This document shows positions 1-10,153 of a DNA stretch of 64,000 bases, in pieces. Position numbers and translations under genes: made by a program. The notes beneath the pieces were generated by a model. The model saw only the letters and a program-made list of their open reading frames with translations, had not been told where the DNA came from and ran no database searches. Within the stretch, counting starts at the first letter, position 1, and each line of letters starts with the position of its first letter. The stretch covers positions 248,001 through 312,000 of IMG/VR virus record IMGVR_UViG_3300023199_000204, one strand, 5' to 3'.

Positions 1-140
1 ACTCTTAGAGCATTTGTAATGATGTGGTGTCATTTAACTCCTGAATGGTTTGATGAGGAACCTAATCCAAAAAATGGTTCTATCAGACTCATTGAAAATG
101 GAATTGATAAAGAATATATCTGGAATAGAGGAGTAAAATA

Positions 141-446
141 ATGGTAAAATTTAAACCACCTGGTTATTTAAATGGTGCCCCAAATTATGTAGTTAATAAG
201 CCTAAATTCACTTGCCCATTAAGTTCAGGTATTGCTTGGCACTGGGGTTTAACATATCTTTCTTGTCCAGTTAATTCTGATCAAAGGGATATGATGGCTT
301 GTAAAACCTGTCCTTTAAAAAGTGATAATAAAGAGCCTAAAGATGAATACAAGGTAGTTCCAAAGAAAAGAAAAAATAAAGAAGTAGAAGTTATTCCAGT
401 TATTAAAAGAACTTACCATTCACATAAGGAGAAAGGAAATGAATAA
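141..446 (+). CDS. hypothetical protein, Cys-containing, Lys-rich C-terminus
   Basis: 101-aa ORF whose end overlaps the start of the next ORF; no recognisable family. Confidence 0.55.
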   Translation: MVKFKPPGYLNGAPNYVVNKPKFTCPLSSGIAWHWGLTYLSCPVNSDQRDMMACKTCPLKSDNKEPKDEYKVVPKKRKNKEVEVIPVIKRTYHSHKEKGNE

Positions 447-687
447 TAATTTAGATAATGTTAGTAGCGGTGATGTAGTTAAATTTATTACTAAAGTAAA
501 TAAATCTGGTCACGATGAGAACACTCAAGAAGTTATCTTGAAAGTGACTGAAGTTGATCACGATAAAGATTTAGTTAAAGGTATCAATGCTATGAGGGCA
601 TTAGATTTGAATGAAGATAGAAAACCATTTAGATCATATAAAATATCAAATATAGTTAAACATTCTATTTGGAAACTAATAGGATAA
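439..687 (+). CDS. hypothetical small beta-barrel protein (possibly WYL/SH3-like)
   Basis: 82 aa, RBS AAGGA; C-terminal FRSYKISNI loosely resembles the WYL RxFRxDRI strand. Confidence 0.45.
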   Translation: MNNNLDNVSSGDVVKFITKVNKSGHDENTQEVILKVTEVDHDKDLVKGINAMRALDLNEDRKPFRSYKISNIVKHSIWKLIG

Positions 688-710
688 ATCTATCAATTAA
701 TCTATATTAA
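686..710 (+). promoter_or_regulatory. putative phage promoter motif AAATCTATCAATTAA-NN-TATATTA
   Basis: Intergenic, upstream of thioredoxin; 22/25 identical to 13955-13979. Confidence 0.5.
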
Positions 711-736
711 TTAATATTTCGCGTTGAGGAGAGCTG

Positions 737-1009
737 ATGAGTGAAAAAAACCTAGTATTATTAAAGTTTTATGCGGACTGGTGCGGACCTTGTAAGGCAA
801 TGACACCAGTAGTTAAAGCAGTATTAGAAGGATTTCCTAATATAAAATTAGTAGAAGTTGATATTGAGAAGAAAAATGATATGGTTTCACAGTATTCTAT
901 AAGATCAATTCCTACTTTAGTTTTATTAAGTGATGATAACGAAAAAGAAAGAGTGATTGGTGCATTATCAGCCGAAGAATTAAAGGAATTTCTATCTGCA
1001 AACTCATAA
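737..1009 (+). CDS. trxA: thioredoxin
   Basis: FYADWCGPCK active site and SIPTLVL cis-Pro motif. Confidence 0.95.
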   Translation: MSEKNLVLLKFYADWCGPCKAMTPVVKAVLEGFPNIKLVEVDIEKKNDMVSQYSIRSIPTLVLLSDDNEKERVIGALSAEELKEFLSANS

Positions 1010-1027
1010 ACTTAGGGAGTTTAAATA

Positions 1028-2809
1028 ATGATAAAAATGTCAAAAGACGAGGTTTTGTCTTCAATAAAATTAGAAGATAAATCTAGTCTTTATTCTTCTT
1101 ATGTTAAGAAGAATAATCCAAAATTATTTAATTCGGCAATAAAGCATTTTAAATCTTGGAGAAATGCTATTACGGCAGCAGGAATTAATTATACAGATGT
1201 AAGTAAAAGAGTTTCTTGGAACAAAGACAATGTAATTAAAAAATTACAAAGCCTTCCTAAAGAGGAACTTGTAGATAAAATTTTAAGAAAAGAGAATTCT
1301 GGTTTATACACAGCGTGTATTAGACTTTTTGGTTCAAGGAAAGCTGCTTTAATGGCAGCAGGAATAGATTATGAAGAAACACTATTAAGTATTCCGTGGA
1401 CAAAAGAAAGAGTTATAAGTGATATACAAATGTATCATATTAATGGAGTTCCATTAAAATATAAATTTATTAATACTTATAATAAAAAGTTTAGACAACA
1501 AGCTGAAAAGTTTTTTGGTTCTTGGGGCGATGCCGTAAAGGCAGCGGGAATAGATTATGATTCTATTAAGAACAATAAAGATTGGAATAAACCTTTTCTT
1601 TCAGATGATGGAAAGCTTTATAATTCAAAAATAGAAGGACTTATTGCTAATGAATTACATTCTTTAAAGACATTAGATAAAATTACAGAGTATTCTTCTA
1701 GCGAAAATTTAACTCAAGATAAAACCTTATGTTGCGATTTTTTGGTTGTGTTAAATAATTCTGCCAAACTTTATTTGGAACTTGACACTCCTTCTAAAAA
1801 TCAAGATCTTATAAATGACAAAATTAAATTTTATGAAAAGACTAATTATTTATTTCATAAAATTTCAACACATAGGAACCTATCAAATATTATAGATAGA
1901 TATACAACTTGGTTTAGCATTCCTCTCGTCAACACTTTAATAACGTCTCACAAAAATCCAGATGGAGATGCTCTAGCATCTATAAAAGCAGTTTATAATC
2001 ATTTGAAATCTAATGATAAAGATTGTTGTGTAAAAATTTATGGCGAACTTCCTAAGAATTTAGATTGGGTTTTAGATGGAGTAGAGTTAGTTAAAAAAAT
2101 TCCGGATTGGGTTGAAAATATTGTTGTTTTAGATTGTGCTCCTACTAAAGATAGATTGGGATGGGACCTTCCTACCAATATTCCAATTTTTAATATTGAT
2201 CATCATATGATAAGAGAAGAGGAAAATGATCCTGACAACAATATACACGTTATTAAAGGTTGTAGTACTTGTAGTTTATTATATAGTAGATTTGGTATAA
2301 ATGATGATATTTTAGCATTGGGTGTATATACTGATACTTTATTTACAAAAAGTATATTTGAAGTATTACATTTTATTTTGGATTCTAAAATAGAAGAAGA
2401 GGTTGTTAGTAATTACATTGCTAAGGTAAATAGCAATCCAGATAAAAAGGTATGGGATATATTATCTAATATTAAAACTCATAGGTGTAGAAATGGATTT
2501 TTAATAGCAGAATATGATGGATTTGCTTCACCAGATGTTATAGAATCTATAATTCAGATTTTATTTAAATTAAGTGAATCAGTTTGTTTTATCTATGGAA
2601 AACATAAAAAAGTAAAGTTAAGAACATCAAATGACAATATAGATTTATCTGAAATTGCTTCTAAATATAAAGGTGGCGGGCACCCGTTTGCCTCGGTATG
2701 TACTATATCTGGAAAAGTATCAGAATTTAAATCTATAATTAAATCAATGGATGTACCTAAAATATTAATTAGTGAAGACGGTTATGGAGAAGATAATCTA
2801 AATGAATAA
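1028..2809 (+). CDS. fusion: three homing-endonuclease-associated repeats + PD-(D/E)xK-like domain + DHH/DHHA1 phosphoesterase (NrnA-like)
   Basis: Three FxSWxxAxxAAGIxY-type repeats; SKIEGLIA..CDFL..LELD; then SHKNPDGDALAS, VVLDC, IDHH, TDT and GGGHPFAS. Confidence 0.8.
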   Translation: MIKMSKDEVLSSIKLEDKSSLYSSYVKKNNPKLFNSAIKHFKSWRNAITAAGINYTDVSKRVSWNKDNVIKKLQSLPKEELVDKILRKENSGLYTACIRLFGSRKAALMAAGIDYEETLLSIPWTKERVISDIQMYHINGVPLKYKFINTYNKKFRQQAEKFFGSWGDAVKAAGIDYDSIKNNKDWNKPFLSDDGKLYNSKIEGLIANELHSLKTLDKITEYSSSENLTQDKTLCCDFLVVLNNSAKLYLELDTPSKNQDLINDKIKFYEKTNYLFHKISTHRNLSNIIDRYTTWFSIPLVNTLITSHKNPDGDALASIKAVYNHLKSNDKDCCVKIYGELPKNLDWVLDGVELVKKIPDWVENIVVLDCAPTKDRLGWDLPTNIPIFNIDHHMIREEENDPDNNIHVIKGCSTCSLLYSRFGINDDILALGVYTDTLFTKSIFEVLHFILDSKIEEEVVSNYIAKVNSNPDKKVWDILSNIKTHRCRNGFLIAEYDGFASPDVIESIIQILFKLSESVCFIYGKHKKVKLRTSNDNIDLSEIASKYKGGGHPFASVCTISGKVSEFKSIIKSMDVPKILISEDGYGEDNLNE

Positions 2810-3467
2810 CTTATTACAAAGAAGTTTTTCTTCAGGATTAAAGCCACTTGGTGTTCCTCTAGGGATCCATTGGTCAGCAATATTATTACCATTTTTATTT
2901 ATCTTTCAATATGGATTGATAGGTATTCCATTGTATCTGATACTTTTAGCCTCGCTGTTGTTTCACGAATACTCTCACGTTTTTGCCGCTCAAAAAAGAG
3001 GTCATTATGTAGGAGGAGTTAGTGTATTAGCAATTGGTGCGTCAGCTATGATTAATATGAAAGGTTTTGTTAATCCAAAGGATGAGCTTATAATTGCTGC
3101 GGCAGGACCTATTGGTTCTTTTATATTAGCATTAATACTATTACCAATATATTTTGTATATTCAAATATAACATTAATAATGTTTGCTTATACTATAAAT
3201 GTAGTATTATTTCTATTCAATTTACTTCCATTATACCCAATGGATGGGGGGCGGATACTTAACTCATTATTAGGATTTATTTTTAAACAAAAAACCGCTC
3301 TTGAAATTTCTGTCATATTTTCCAATATATTATCATTAATTGGGGCGGGAATATGTTTATATTATAAACAATATTGGGTAGCAATGATCTTAGGAATAAT
3401 ATTCTTATTTGCTAGGCAGCAAAGGAGTGCTATAATAAAGAATATTAAGGAATCAGAAAGTGTATAG
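2802..3467 (+). CDS. site-2 protease, M50 family membrane metalloprotease
   Basis: HEYSH, AAAGP and FNLLPLYPMDGGR motifs; hydrophobic segments. Confidence 0.92.
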   Translation: MNNLLQRSFSSGLKPLGVPLGIHWSAILLPFLFIFQYGLIGIPLYLILLASLLFHEYSHVFAAQKRGHYVGGVSVLAIGASAMINMKGFVNPKDELIIAAAGPIGSFILALILLPIYFVYSNITLIMFAYTINVVLFLFNLLPLYPMDGGRILNSLLGFIFKQKTALEISVIFSNILSLIGAGICLYYKQYWVAMILGIIFLFARQQRSAIIKNIKESESV

Positions 3468-3550
3468 ATATTTTCCTCGGCTGCTGTTATTAGTTACTTA
3501 CCAGGAAATTTCACTTTGTCAATCTTTTTTTTTCAAAAAAAAAATGAGTT

Positions 3551-4327
3551 ATGAAACAAGATGATATAAAAAAAATTGAAGTTGTTGAGTCTTCTATCAA
3601 GGTAAAGACCGAAACCATAAGAAATCTTTATGAAAGTCATAAAGATAAGCTACCAGAATTTTCTTTCATAAGAAACATCTATGAAGAAATAGGAGAGTTA
3701 GATGATACTATTTTTATAAATGATTTCATATGGTGTGGGGAAAATAGTTTAAAATATTTTCCAATATTTACTAATATACTTAAAGAAATTTCTGAGCAAT
3801 ACGGAACTCATTGTAAATTGATATTGATTTTAAATGAGAATAAAGAAAAAAAAATAGCTTTTTGGAGTGGATTATATAGAAATGATCATAATGGATATTG
3901 TTTTCCTGAGCAGAATTTAGTTATGAATTTTAATGTATTTGAGTCAAATACAGGTAGTTTAATACCTATGGAATTTAATGACCTTCCTTTTATTCCAAAA
4001 AGAGTATTTACTGTCGCAGGTAATAAGAGAGAAAATCCTCCCTATAAGTGGAGAGGTAATCACTCAAGTATAAAAAATAAGCAGGTGATAGTTTGTATAA
4101 AAGGTGAAATGTTATTTTGTATATCAGATGAATGGAGAGTTCAAAATTCTTATTTTTTAAAAGAAGGGGAGTGGATACACTGCCCTAATTTAAAATGGGT
4201 AAAGTATAGGTTTTTAAAAAATAATACTATTATGTTGTCCTTATGCTCTCATTCTTATAATGAAGATGATTACTTAAATAATATAAGTGATTTTATAGAT
4301 TATCATAAAAAGATAAGAAATGAATAA
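3551..4327 (+). CDS. protein with C-terminal FdtA/QdtA (WxcM-like) cupin, sugar 3,4-ketoisomerase family
   Basis: LPFIPKRVF..WRGNHS..QVIVCIKG..LSLCSHSYNEDDY pattern. Confidence 0.7.
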   Translation: MKQDDIKKIEVVESSIKVKTETIRNLYESHKDKLPEFSFIRNIYEEIGELDDTIFINDFIWCGENSLKYFPIFTNILKEISEQYGTHCKLILILNENKEKKIAFWSGLYRNDHNGYCFPEQNLVMNFNVFESNTGSLIPMEFNDLPFIPKRVFTVAGNKRENPPYKWRGNHSSIKNKQVIVCIKGEMLFCISDEWRVQNSYFLKEGEWIHCPNLKWVKYRFLKNNTIMLSLCSHSYNEDDYLNNISDFIDYHKKIRNE

Positions 4328-4610
4328 GTGTAAATTATGTGAAAGAAAATCAGATAAATTAAACGAACATCATCTAATTCCAAAAAGTAGAGGTGGAAAG
4401 GAAACTATACTAATATGTGTAGATTGTCATAGGCAAATACACGCTTTATTCGACAATAAGATGCTAGAGACTTCTTTAAATACTATAAAGGCATTGAAAG
4501 AAGATGAGCAGATTGTTAAGTATCTAAAGTGGGTTAAGAAAAAACCTGTGAGGGTGGTACATAAAGCAAAAAGGTCTAACAAAACAAAGAAAAGAGATAG
4601 GCGAGGATAA
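4320..4610 (+). CDS. small HNH endonuclease
   Basis: CKLCER..HHLIPKSRGG..ICVDCHRQIH. Confidence 0.85.
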   Translation: MNKCKLCERKSDKLNEHHLIPKSRGGKETILICVDCHRQIHALFDNKMLETSLNTIKALKEDEQIVKYLKWVKKKPVRVVHKAKRSNKTKKRDRRG

Positions 4611-4621
4611 AAAAAGTAATT

Positions 4622-4951
4622 TTGGTTATGATGATTTTAATGGGCTCTGTTAGTATATCTTATGCTCAAAAAATTGATTTAAATAAAATATGTAAGAAAA
4701 CTAACAAAAAGCTTATTATATCTAAAGCGGGAATGTTTTTAAAAATAGAGCTTTTAAAATGTATTCCAGGCGACATTGTTGCTGCTAGAACTAATGTTCC
4801 ACTAGATATTAAAACTCTACAATTGGTAGATAGAATAACTAAAAAGTGGGCGAAACATAATAAAATTAAAAAGTTAAGTATGACCTATCTAACTACCACT
4901 AAAGTAGAAAAAAAAGATAATAATATACATTATTTATACCAACTTAGTTAA
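4622..4951 (+). CDS. hypothetical secreted protein
   Basis: Signal-peptide-like N-terminus ending SYA-Q. Confidence 0.5.
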   Translation: MVMMILMGSVSISYAQKIDLNKICKKTNKKLIISKAGMFLKIELLKCIPGDIVAARTNVPLDIKTLQLVDRITKKWAKHNKIKKLSMTYLTTTKVEKKDNNIHYLYQLS

Positions 4952-5041
4952 AAAAACAAAACATAAGATATATTATATTTAATTACTACTAATAATTTAG
5001 CATACTCATCGAAATGATATACAAAATTATGGAGGTGTGAT

Positions 5042-5149
5042 ATGGCATTTGTATTAGGTCTTTTACTAGGAGCTGTAGTTAGTCCTCCACTTTACCTATT
5101 AGGAAAGTGGGGCTACGGAAAATTGAAAGAGAAATTTTCAAAGGAATAA
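5042..5149 (+). CDS. small membrane peptide MAFVLGLLLGAVVSPPLYLLGKWGYGKLKEKFSKE
   Basis: Strong RBS GGAGGTG; 35-codon ORF below the ORF-track cutoff. Confidence 0.65.
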   Translation: MAFVLGLLLGAVVSPPLYLLGKWGYGKLKEKFSKE

Positions 5150-5156
5150 TAAAGAT

Positions 5157-5181
5157 GGGGCTTTAGCCCCTATTTAATTTT
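5157..5181 (+). terminator. hairpin GGGGC-TTTA-GCCCC followed by T-rich run
   Basis: 5-bp GC stem directly after a stop codon. Confidence 0.5.
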
Positions 5182-5190
5182 GAGGTTTAA

Positions 5191-5469
5191 ATGAAATTTG
5201 AAGAAGAAATATCCCAAGTTATAGATGACTTAATAAATCCAGCGTTAAGCGCACACGGCGGGTTTATTGAGCTTGAATACATAGATGGGTATGATGTTTA
5301 TATAAGAATGGGTGGTGGTTGCCAAGGTTGTGCTGCTTCTAAATATACTTTAAAATCTGGTATAGAAACTCTATTAAGAGAAGAAGTAGATGGGATCAAT
5401 TCTATAATAGATGTTACTGATCACGAAGCAGGACTTAGTCCCTATTACTTTAAATTTGAAGAGGAATAA
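5191..5469 (+). CDS. NifU-like C-terminal domain Fe-S carrier (NfuA-like)
   Basis: INPALSAHGG..MGGGCQGCAAS..TLKSGIE. Confidence 0.9.
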   Translation: MKFEEEISQVIDDLINPALSAHGGFIELEYIDGYDVYIRMGGGCQGCAASKYTLKSGIETLLREEVDGINSIIDVTDHEAGLSPYYFKFEEE

Positions 5470-5699
5470 TGAAGATATTTTTTGATTGGAAACTCGTTGC
5501 TCCCATCTTAACTGCCGCGAGTACCGCAGTTATTGGAGGAATAAAACTTCTTCAATGGGAGAAAGAACAGAAGCAGAAAAGAAAACAATGGGAGTTTGAA
5601 CAGAAAAGAAAATTTGATCAGTGGAAAACTGAATTTGAAAATAAGAATAGACAGTGGGAAAAAGACTTTGAAATTAAAATCAATAAACTCAAATCATAA
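5469..5699 (+). CDS. hypothetical membrane-anchored coiled protein
   Basis: N-terminal TM segment then QW(E/K)xxFE repeats. Confidence 0.5.
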   Translation: MKIFFDWKLVAPILTAASTAVIGGIKLLQWEKEQKQKRKQWEFEQKRKFDQWKTEFENKNRQWEKDFEIKINKLKS

Positions 5700-5835
5700 T
5701 CCTAAAAAAACTAGAAGTTGTATTTATTGTCCATTTCCAGTTATAAAAGGAAAATTAATTTGTCATTGGTGTTTTAGTGAATTTATACTAGAGATAAAAT
5801 ATAATTTAATATGGGAAAGAAAATGGAGAAAATAG

Positions 5836-6831
5836 ATGATTGCTACTATTACTAAAGTAGATATGGTTGTGGATTTGGATCACGGAGATTGCGGAAAAGG
5901 AAAGATAAGTCACTGTTTGCTTTCCGAAAAAAAATATAATTATGTTTGTAAAGCTTCTGGTGGGAACAATGCTGGTCATACTATCTATCATAATAATGAG
6001 AAGTTTATAACCCATTATTCTCCGTCTGGAGTATTTAAGAATATTAATTCAGTAATATGTTCAGGATGTGTTGTACATCCTGAATCGTTTTTAGAGGAAG
6101 TTGGAAATTTAGTTTCACGAGGAATTCCTGCTGATAAGTTATTGAAAATTGCTTATAATGCTCATTTAGTAACTGATGAACATATAAAAGAAGATGTTGA
6201 AAATAATGTAGTTGGCAGTACTGGCAAAGGAATAGCACCAGCTTATAGAGATAAATATAATAGAACTGGACACCGAGTAGAAAAGTCTAAGCTTCTTCAA
6301 CCATTTTTATTTGATCCTATTATCTTACACAAGGCATCTAGAATTTTAGTTGAGGGTTCTCAAGGAATGTGGTTGTGTCCTGATCACGGAGATTACCCTT
6401 ATGTTACATCTAGTCCTCCTACTTCTTCTTACGCTCTACATTCTTTGGGCATGGCTCCAAGGAACGTAGGAGAGGTAATAGGAGTGTGTAAGCCATATTC
6501 AACATATGTTGGAACAAAAGATTTTCAACCAGATGGCAACATATATAAACAAATTCAAGATGTTGGAAAAGAATTTGGAGCCACGACTGGTCGTATGAGA
6601 CAAGTTCGAGAACTAAATCTATTAAAATTATATAAAGCAGCTCAAATTAATGGAGTAGATTATATAGTAATAAACAAGATGGATGTGTTAAGAGAAGTCA
6701 ATTATTGGAAATTATTAATAGACAAGGATAAACTTATTGACCGAAAAAATGAAGATAGTTTTAAAGAATACATAGTACAGTATATGAACAAATTTGAAAT
6801 AAAATTCTCATATAGTCCTAATAAGATATGA
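5836..6831 (+). CDS. purA: adenylosuccinate synthetase (short form)
   Basis: GDCGKGK P-loop with catalytic Asp, GGNNAGHT, VGSTGKGIAPAY, EGSQG, YPYVTSS, EFGATTGRMR. Confidence 0.92.
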   Translation: MIATITKVDMVVDLDHGDCGKGKISHCLLSEKKYNYVCKASGGNNAGHTIYHNNEKFITHYSPSGVFKNINSVICSGCVVHPESFLEEVGNLVSRGIPADKLLKIAYNAHLVTDEHIKEDVENNVVGSTGKGIAPAYRDKYNRTGHRVEKSKLLQPFLFDPIILHKASRILVEGSQGMWLCPDHGDYPYVTSSPPTSSYALHSLGMAPRNVGEVIGVCKPYSTYVGTKDFQPDGNIYKQIQDVGKEFGATTGRMRQVRELNLLKLYKAAQINGVDYIVINKMDVLREVNYWKLLIDKDKLIDRKNEDSFKEYIVQYMNKFEIKFSYSPNKI

Positions 6832-6834
6832 TCT

Positions 6835-6880
6835 ATACGTGCGTGCGTGAATTTTGATTTTTCGGCATCGACGATTTTAT
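6835..6880. repeat. degenerate intergenic repeat copy 1 (TACGTGCGTGA...TCGACGATTTTA)
   Basis: Similar to 43995-44036. Confidence 0.55.
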
Positions 6881-6940
6881 GTCCTGTTGAAGTTTTAAAA
6901 TGTCGACATAATTCTTATAAAATAATAATGGTTAAAAGAT

Positions 6941-7582
6941 ATGGGAAAATTCAAAGGTCCTGACTGGGCTCGTAATATAGGGGGAGCAGTCTCTGCCAAT
7001 AAGCAAAGAAAGGAGGCTATCCGTAAATATTATGAAAATCCTAATATATGTTTCAATTGTTTAAAAACAATTGAAGTGGGATCAAATAAAGTAAAAAACG
7101 TTAGACAAAAGAAATTTTGTAATAATTCTTGTTCAGCTTCATTTAATAACAAATATAGAAAAGTTAATAAATGGGCAAAAAAGAAATTATGTAAATATTG
7201 TGAAAAAGAAACCCCAACTAAAGATTCAACAACTTGTGTGGATTACAATCCAAATAAAATAGATTGGACAGTTATAACAATAAAAGAACTTAAGGAAAGA
7301 TATAATTCTAAACCTAAGTTTTACTTTCAAGGGAGAATAAGGTTATTATCAAGAAATGTTTATAAAAATTCAGGACTGCCAAATTATTGTGTAAATTGTA
7401 AATATGAATTACAATATGATGTTTGTCACATTAAATCAATTAAAGATTTTTCAGAAGAAGCTAGAATTTCCGAAGTTAATAATATTAATAATTTAATTGC
7501 ATTATGTAAAAGATGCCATTGGGAATTTGATAATGGTTATTTAAAATTGGAAAAAATTACGGGAAGAGTGTCGGAAGATTAA
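6941..7582 (+). CDS. HNH endonuclease with Zn-ribbons (putative homing endonuclease)
   Basis: CxxC pairs; CVNC..DVCHIK..NNINNLIALCKRCHWEFD; abuts tRNA-like elements. Confidence 0.85.
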   Translation: MGKFKGPDWARNIGGAVSANKQRKEAIRKYYENPNICFNCLKTIEVGSNKVKNVRQKKFCNNSCSASFNNKYRKVNKWAKKKLCKYCEKETPTKDSTTCVDYNPNKIDWTVITIKELKERYNSKPKFYFQGRIRLLSRNVYKNSGLPNYCVNCKYELQYDVCHIKSIKDFSEEARISEVNNINNLIALCKRCHWEFDNGYLKLEKITGRVSED

Positions 7583-7659
7583 GCTTGAATAAGTTTAATC
7601 GTCTTGGACAGGCATCATAAGCTTGGCTTTCACAGGTTTGATTTCCGCCCCCGTTATTT

Positions 7660-7759
7660 GGAGCAGTAAAAGAGTTAGTAGAACAGCTCGGAACGAGAAA
7701 CGAAAGCTCAGCCTTCTTAGGAAGTGTGGAAAATGTAGGTTCGAGTCCTACCTGCTCCG
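7660..7759 (+). ncRNA. tRNA-like RNA with perfect acceptor and T arms but non-canonical interior
   Basis: GGAGCAG/CTGCTCC stem, GTAGG-TTCGAGT-CCTAC T arm, no 7-nt anticodon loop recognisable. Confidence 0.6.
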
Positions 7760-8252
7760 CAAAGGACAAGGGAATCATAGAGGAGGCTTCTATGAAACAT
7801 TTAAATCAAGAAAAAATGAAAGTTGTTAGTTTAGAAACTAATGGTAAGAACAAAGAAGTTATTTCTAAAGAGCGAGACTTTGGTGCCCGAATAGGGGCTA
7901 TTATATCTTATGTAGATTGGAAACCTATATCAAAATTAGTCAATAGAATGTTAGGAAAAATAAATGGCATTACAAAATCCAAGTCATAAATTATACGAAG
8001 AAATGTATAATAAAAAAGAGCATATAAAAAACTATGCTAAGTCAATATCAAGATATTTTGGATTAGGATTTTCTTTATATGGCATATTAGATAATCCTAA
8101 TAGACTTGTATATGATTTAGATTTACATTTAACGGCTTTAAGTGAAGAAAAAGTTCTATTCATAGTAGATTTAATATCTGAAAAATTAGGAGATTTTCTA
8201 GCCTCCCCAGACAAAGAGGCAGAAAAGAAATAAAAAAGAGAAATATAAAAGT

Positions 8253-8324
8253 AGGGCACGCTCGGGGTAAGCTGGCTGGTCTCCAAAACCGACTGAATGC
8301 TGGGTTCGAGTCCCAGGTGCCCTG
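8253..8324 (+). tRNA. tRNA-Trp(CCA)
   Basis: AGGGCAC/GTGCCCT, loop CT-CCA-AA, TTCGAGT T loop; D arm irregular. Confidence 0.8.
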
Positions 8325-9766
8325 AAAAGGAATGTTAGAATGCTTATAAAAACACTGTTTAAAGATCCACATCAATTTGTTTTAAATATATTAAGAGATC
8401 ATAATTTTAAAGAAATGGATAAAAGTGATGCTCATAGCTACCAAAATTTTAAATGTTGTAGATCATTTAAAAAAAATAATATAATCGTTAAAATATGTGA
8501 TGCTGTTAAAGAACTTTCTATATTGGCAGTGGCAGAGGGCAAATGTAGTGAGTATGTTTCTTACTTTAATAGGAACTTTTATTCAAACGTAAAGCAGTTA
8601 ATAAATAAATATGAAAATTTTTAATATAAACTCTAACGCCTCTATTTTAGGATATAATAAAGCGGTGTCTATCGCAAAACAATACGGATTTTATTTGTCT
8701 TCTAAGACATTGTGTTGTAATACTTTCGTTAATATTTATACTTATGAAATAGTTAAAATCTGCGAAGGTTTTGTCGAAGCATTCTTTATAAATCCTAGAA
8801 ATGATCAATATTATCTCGATGATAAAGATTCATTTAAATCTTTTGAAGAAGAACTTAAAAAAAGAGGATTTGTAAATGAAAGTTAGTTCGCTTAATACAT
8901 CTTCTTTTTATCCATCTATAACATCTAATGGTATAAAAAATACTAGAAGACTATTAACTAGCTTTGGTTTTAAAAGAAATGAATACGTATTAATGGTAAG
9001 TGGTGAAGAGTGGGAGTATAACTATCGCGGCCTGAGAAAATTTGCGTTTCTATATTATAATCCTCTTATAGAATTGAAAATTATGAAGCGTACATTCTAC
9101 ATTATGAAATTTGAAGAAAGATTAAATCTTGTTAAGTATTTAAGAGAAAGTTATGTTTAGATATTCAAATAAAGAACTTAAGTCTTTAATTGAAACAGAA
9201 GGGTTTTGGAAAATAATTGGTCTAATAGATATAGATACAATATCTAATAATAAAGTTAAGAAACTTATTTTAAAAATGAAAAAGCTTGAAAATAATATTT
9301 ATAGAAAACTGAATGAAAATTAAAAAAATAGAAGCAGATAAGCAAATTATAATAGATGTTAGAAAAAAATTATTAAGTCTTGGTTTAAAGAGAATTAAAA
9401 ATTCCCCCAGCGAGCCTCCTTTTTCAAAAGAAATATGGGAAGGTGGAATTTATCTTTATAAAGATCCACCAGATCTTCTGGTATTTGAAGCTCTATTTTA
9501 TAGAATTAATATACCAGAAGAACTACAACAAGCTTATATTCATTTAGAAAAGGTGTTTAAATAATGAAAATTTATATTGTTAAAGATATAATAAAAATAT
9601 ATGGAAAATCATTTAATACAATTAAAAATTTCACTAGTAAAAAAATGGAAAATTTATAAAGGAACTCTTAAATTAATATGACATTTAGAATTGGAGATAT
9701 ATATCGAACAGAATCTATTCCAAGATATATTGTCGTCTCTTCAGAGTTCTGTTTAATATAGAATAT

Positions 9767-10153
9767 ATGAACGAATCTATCGCACCATTTGAAATCAATA
9801 AGCCACGCTGGAGATTTGATCATTGGCACGCAAATTATGAAGTTTCGATAAATAGATATTTATATACTGTTAAAGATTTTGATAAAAGAAGAGAACTTAA
9901 AATAAAAGCAAAGGAACTTCTTGGTGAAAGATTATATCTTTATCACTTTGACAATAATTTTTATAAACAGAGTGTTAAATATGAAAAATTTGCTTTGGAA
10001 TTTAATTCCAAATTTAATAATCTTAAAATAGATTATAATATTATATCAGAAGAATATGAAGTAAAAAGAAAGTTTTCATTGAAGAATGAAGATGAAGTAA
10101 ATGTTTTTTCAGACTATCTGTCTGAATTTGGTGTAATAGAAGAGGCAGAATAA
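9767..10153 (+). CDS. hypothetical protein, YLxEFG paralog family member 1
   Basis: C-terminal DYLSEFGVIEE shared with 12245 and 12603. Confidence 0.65.
   Translation: MNESIAPFEINKPRWRFDHWHANYEVSINRYLYTVKDFDKRRELKIKAKELLGERLYLYHFDNNFYKQSVKYEKFALEFNSKFNNLKIDYNIISEEYEVKRKFSLKNEDEVNVFSDYLSEFGVIEEAE

Noticed and set aside
1028-2809. Intein in the DHH protein
   Set aside because: The extra module is N-terminal rather than internal and lacks the Cys/Ser start and His-Asn end motifs.
5836-6831. PurZ (2-aminoadenine, Z-genome) pathway
   Set aside because: The P-loop keeps the PurA catalytic Asp (GDCGKGK) where PurZ has Ser, and no DatZ or MazZ partner was recognised.
7559-7759. selC (tRNA-Sec), SRP RNA or hammerhead ribozyme
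   Set aside because: No UCA anticodon arm, no GGAA/AGCAG SRP helix 8 motif in the right context, and no CUGAUGA core.
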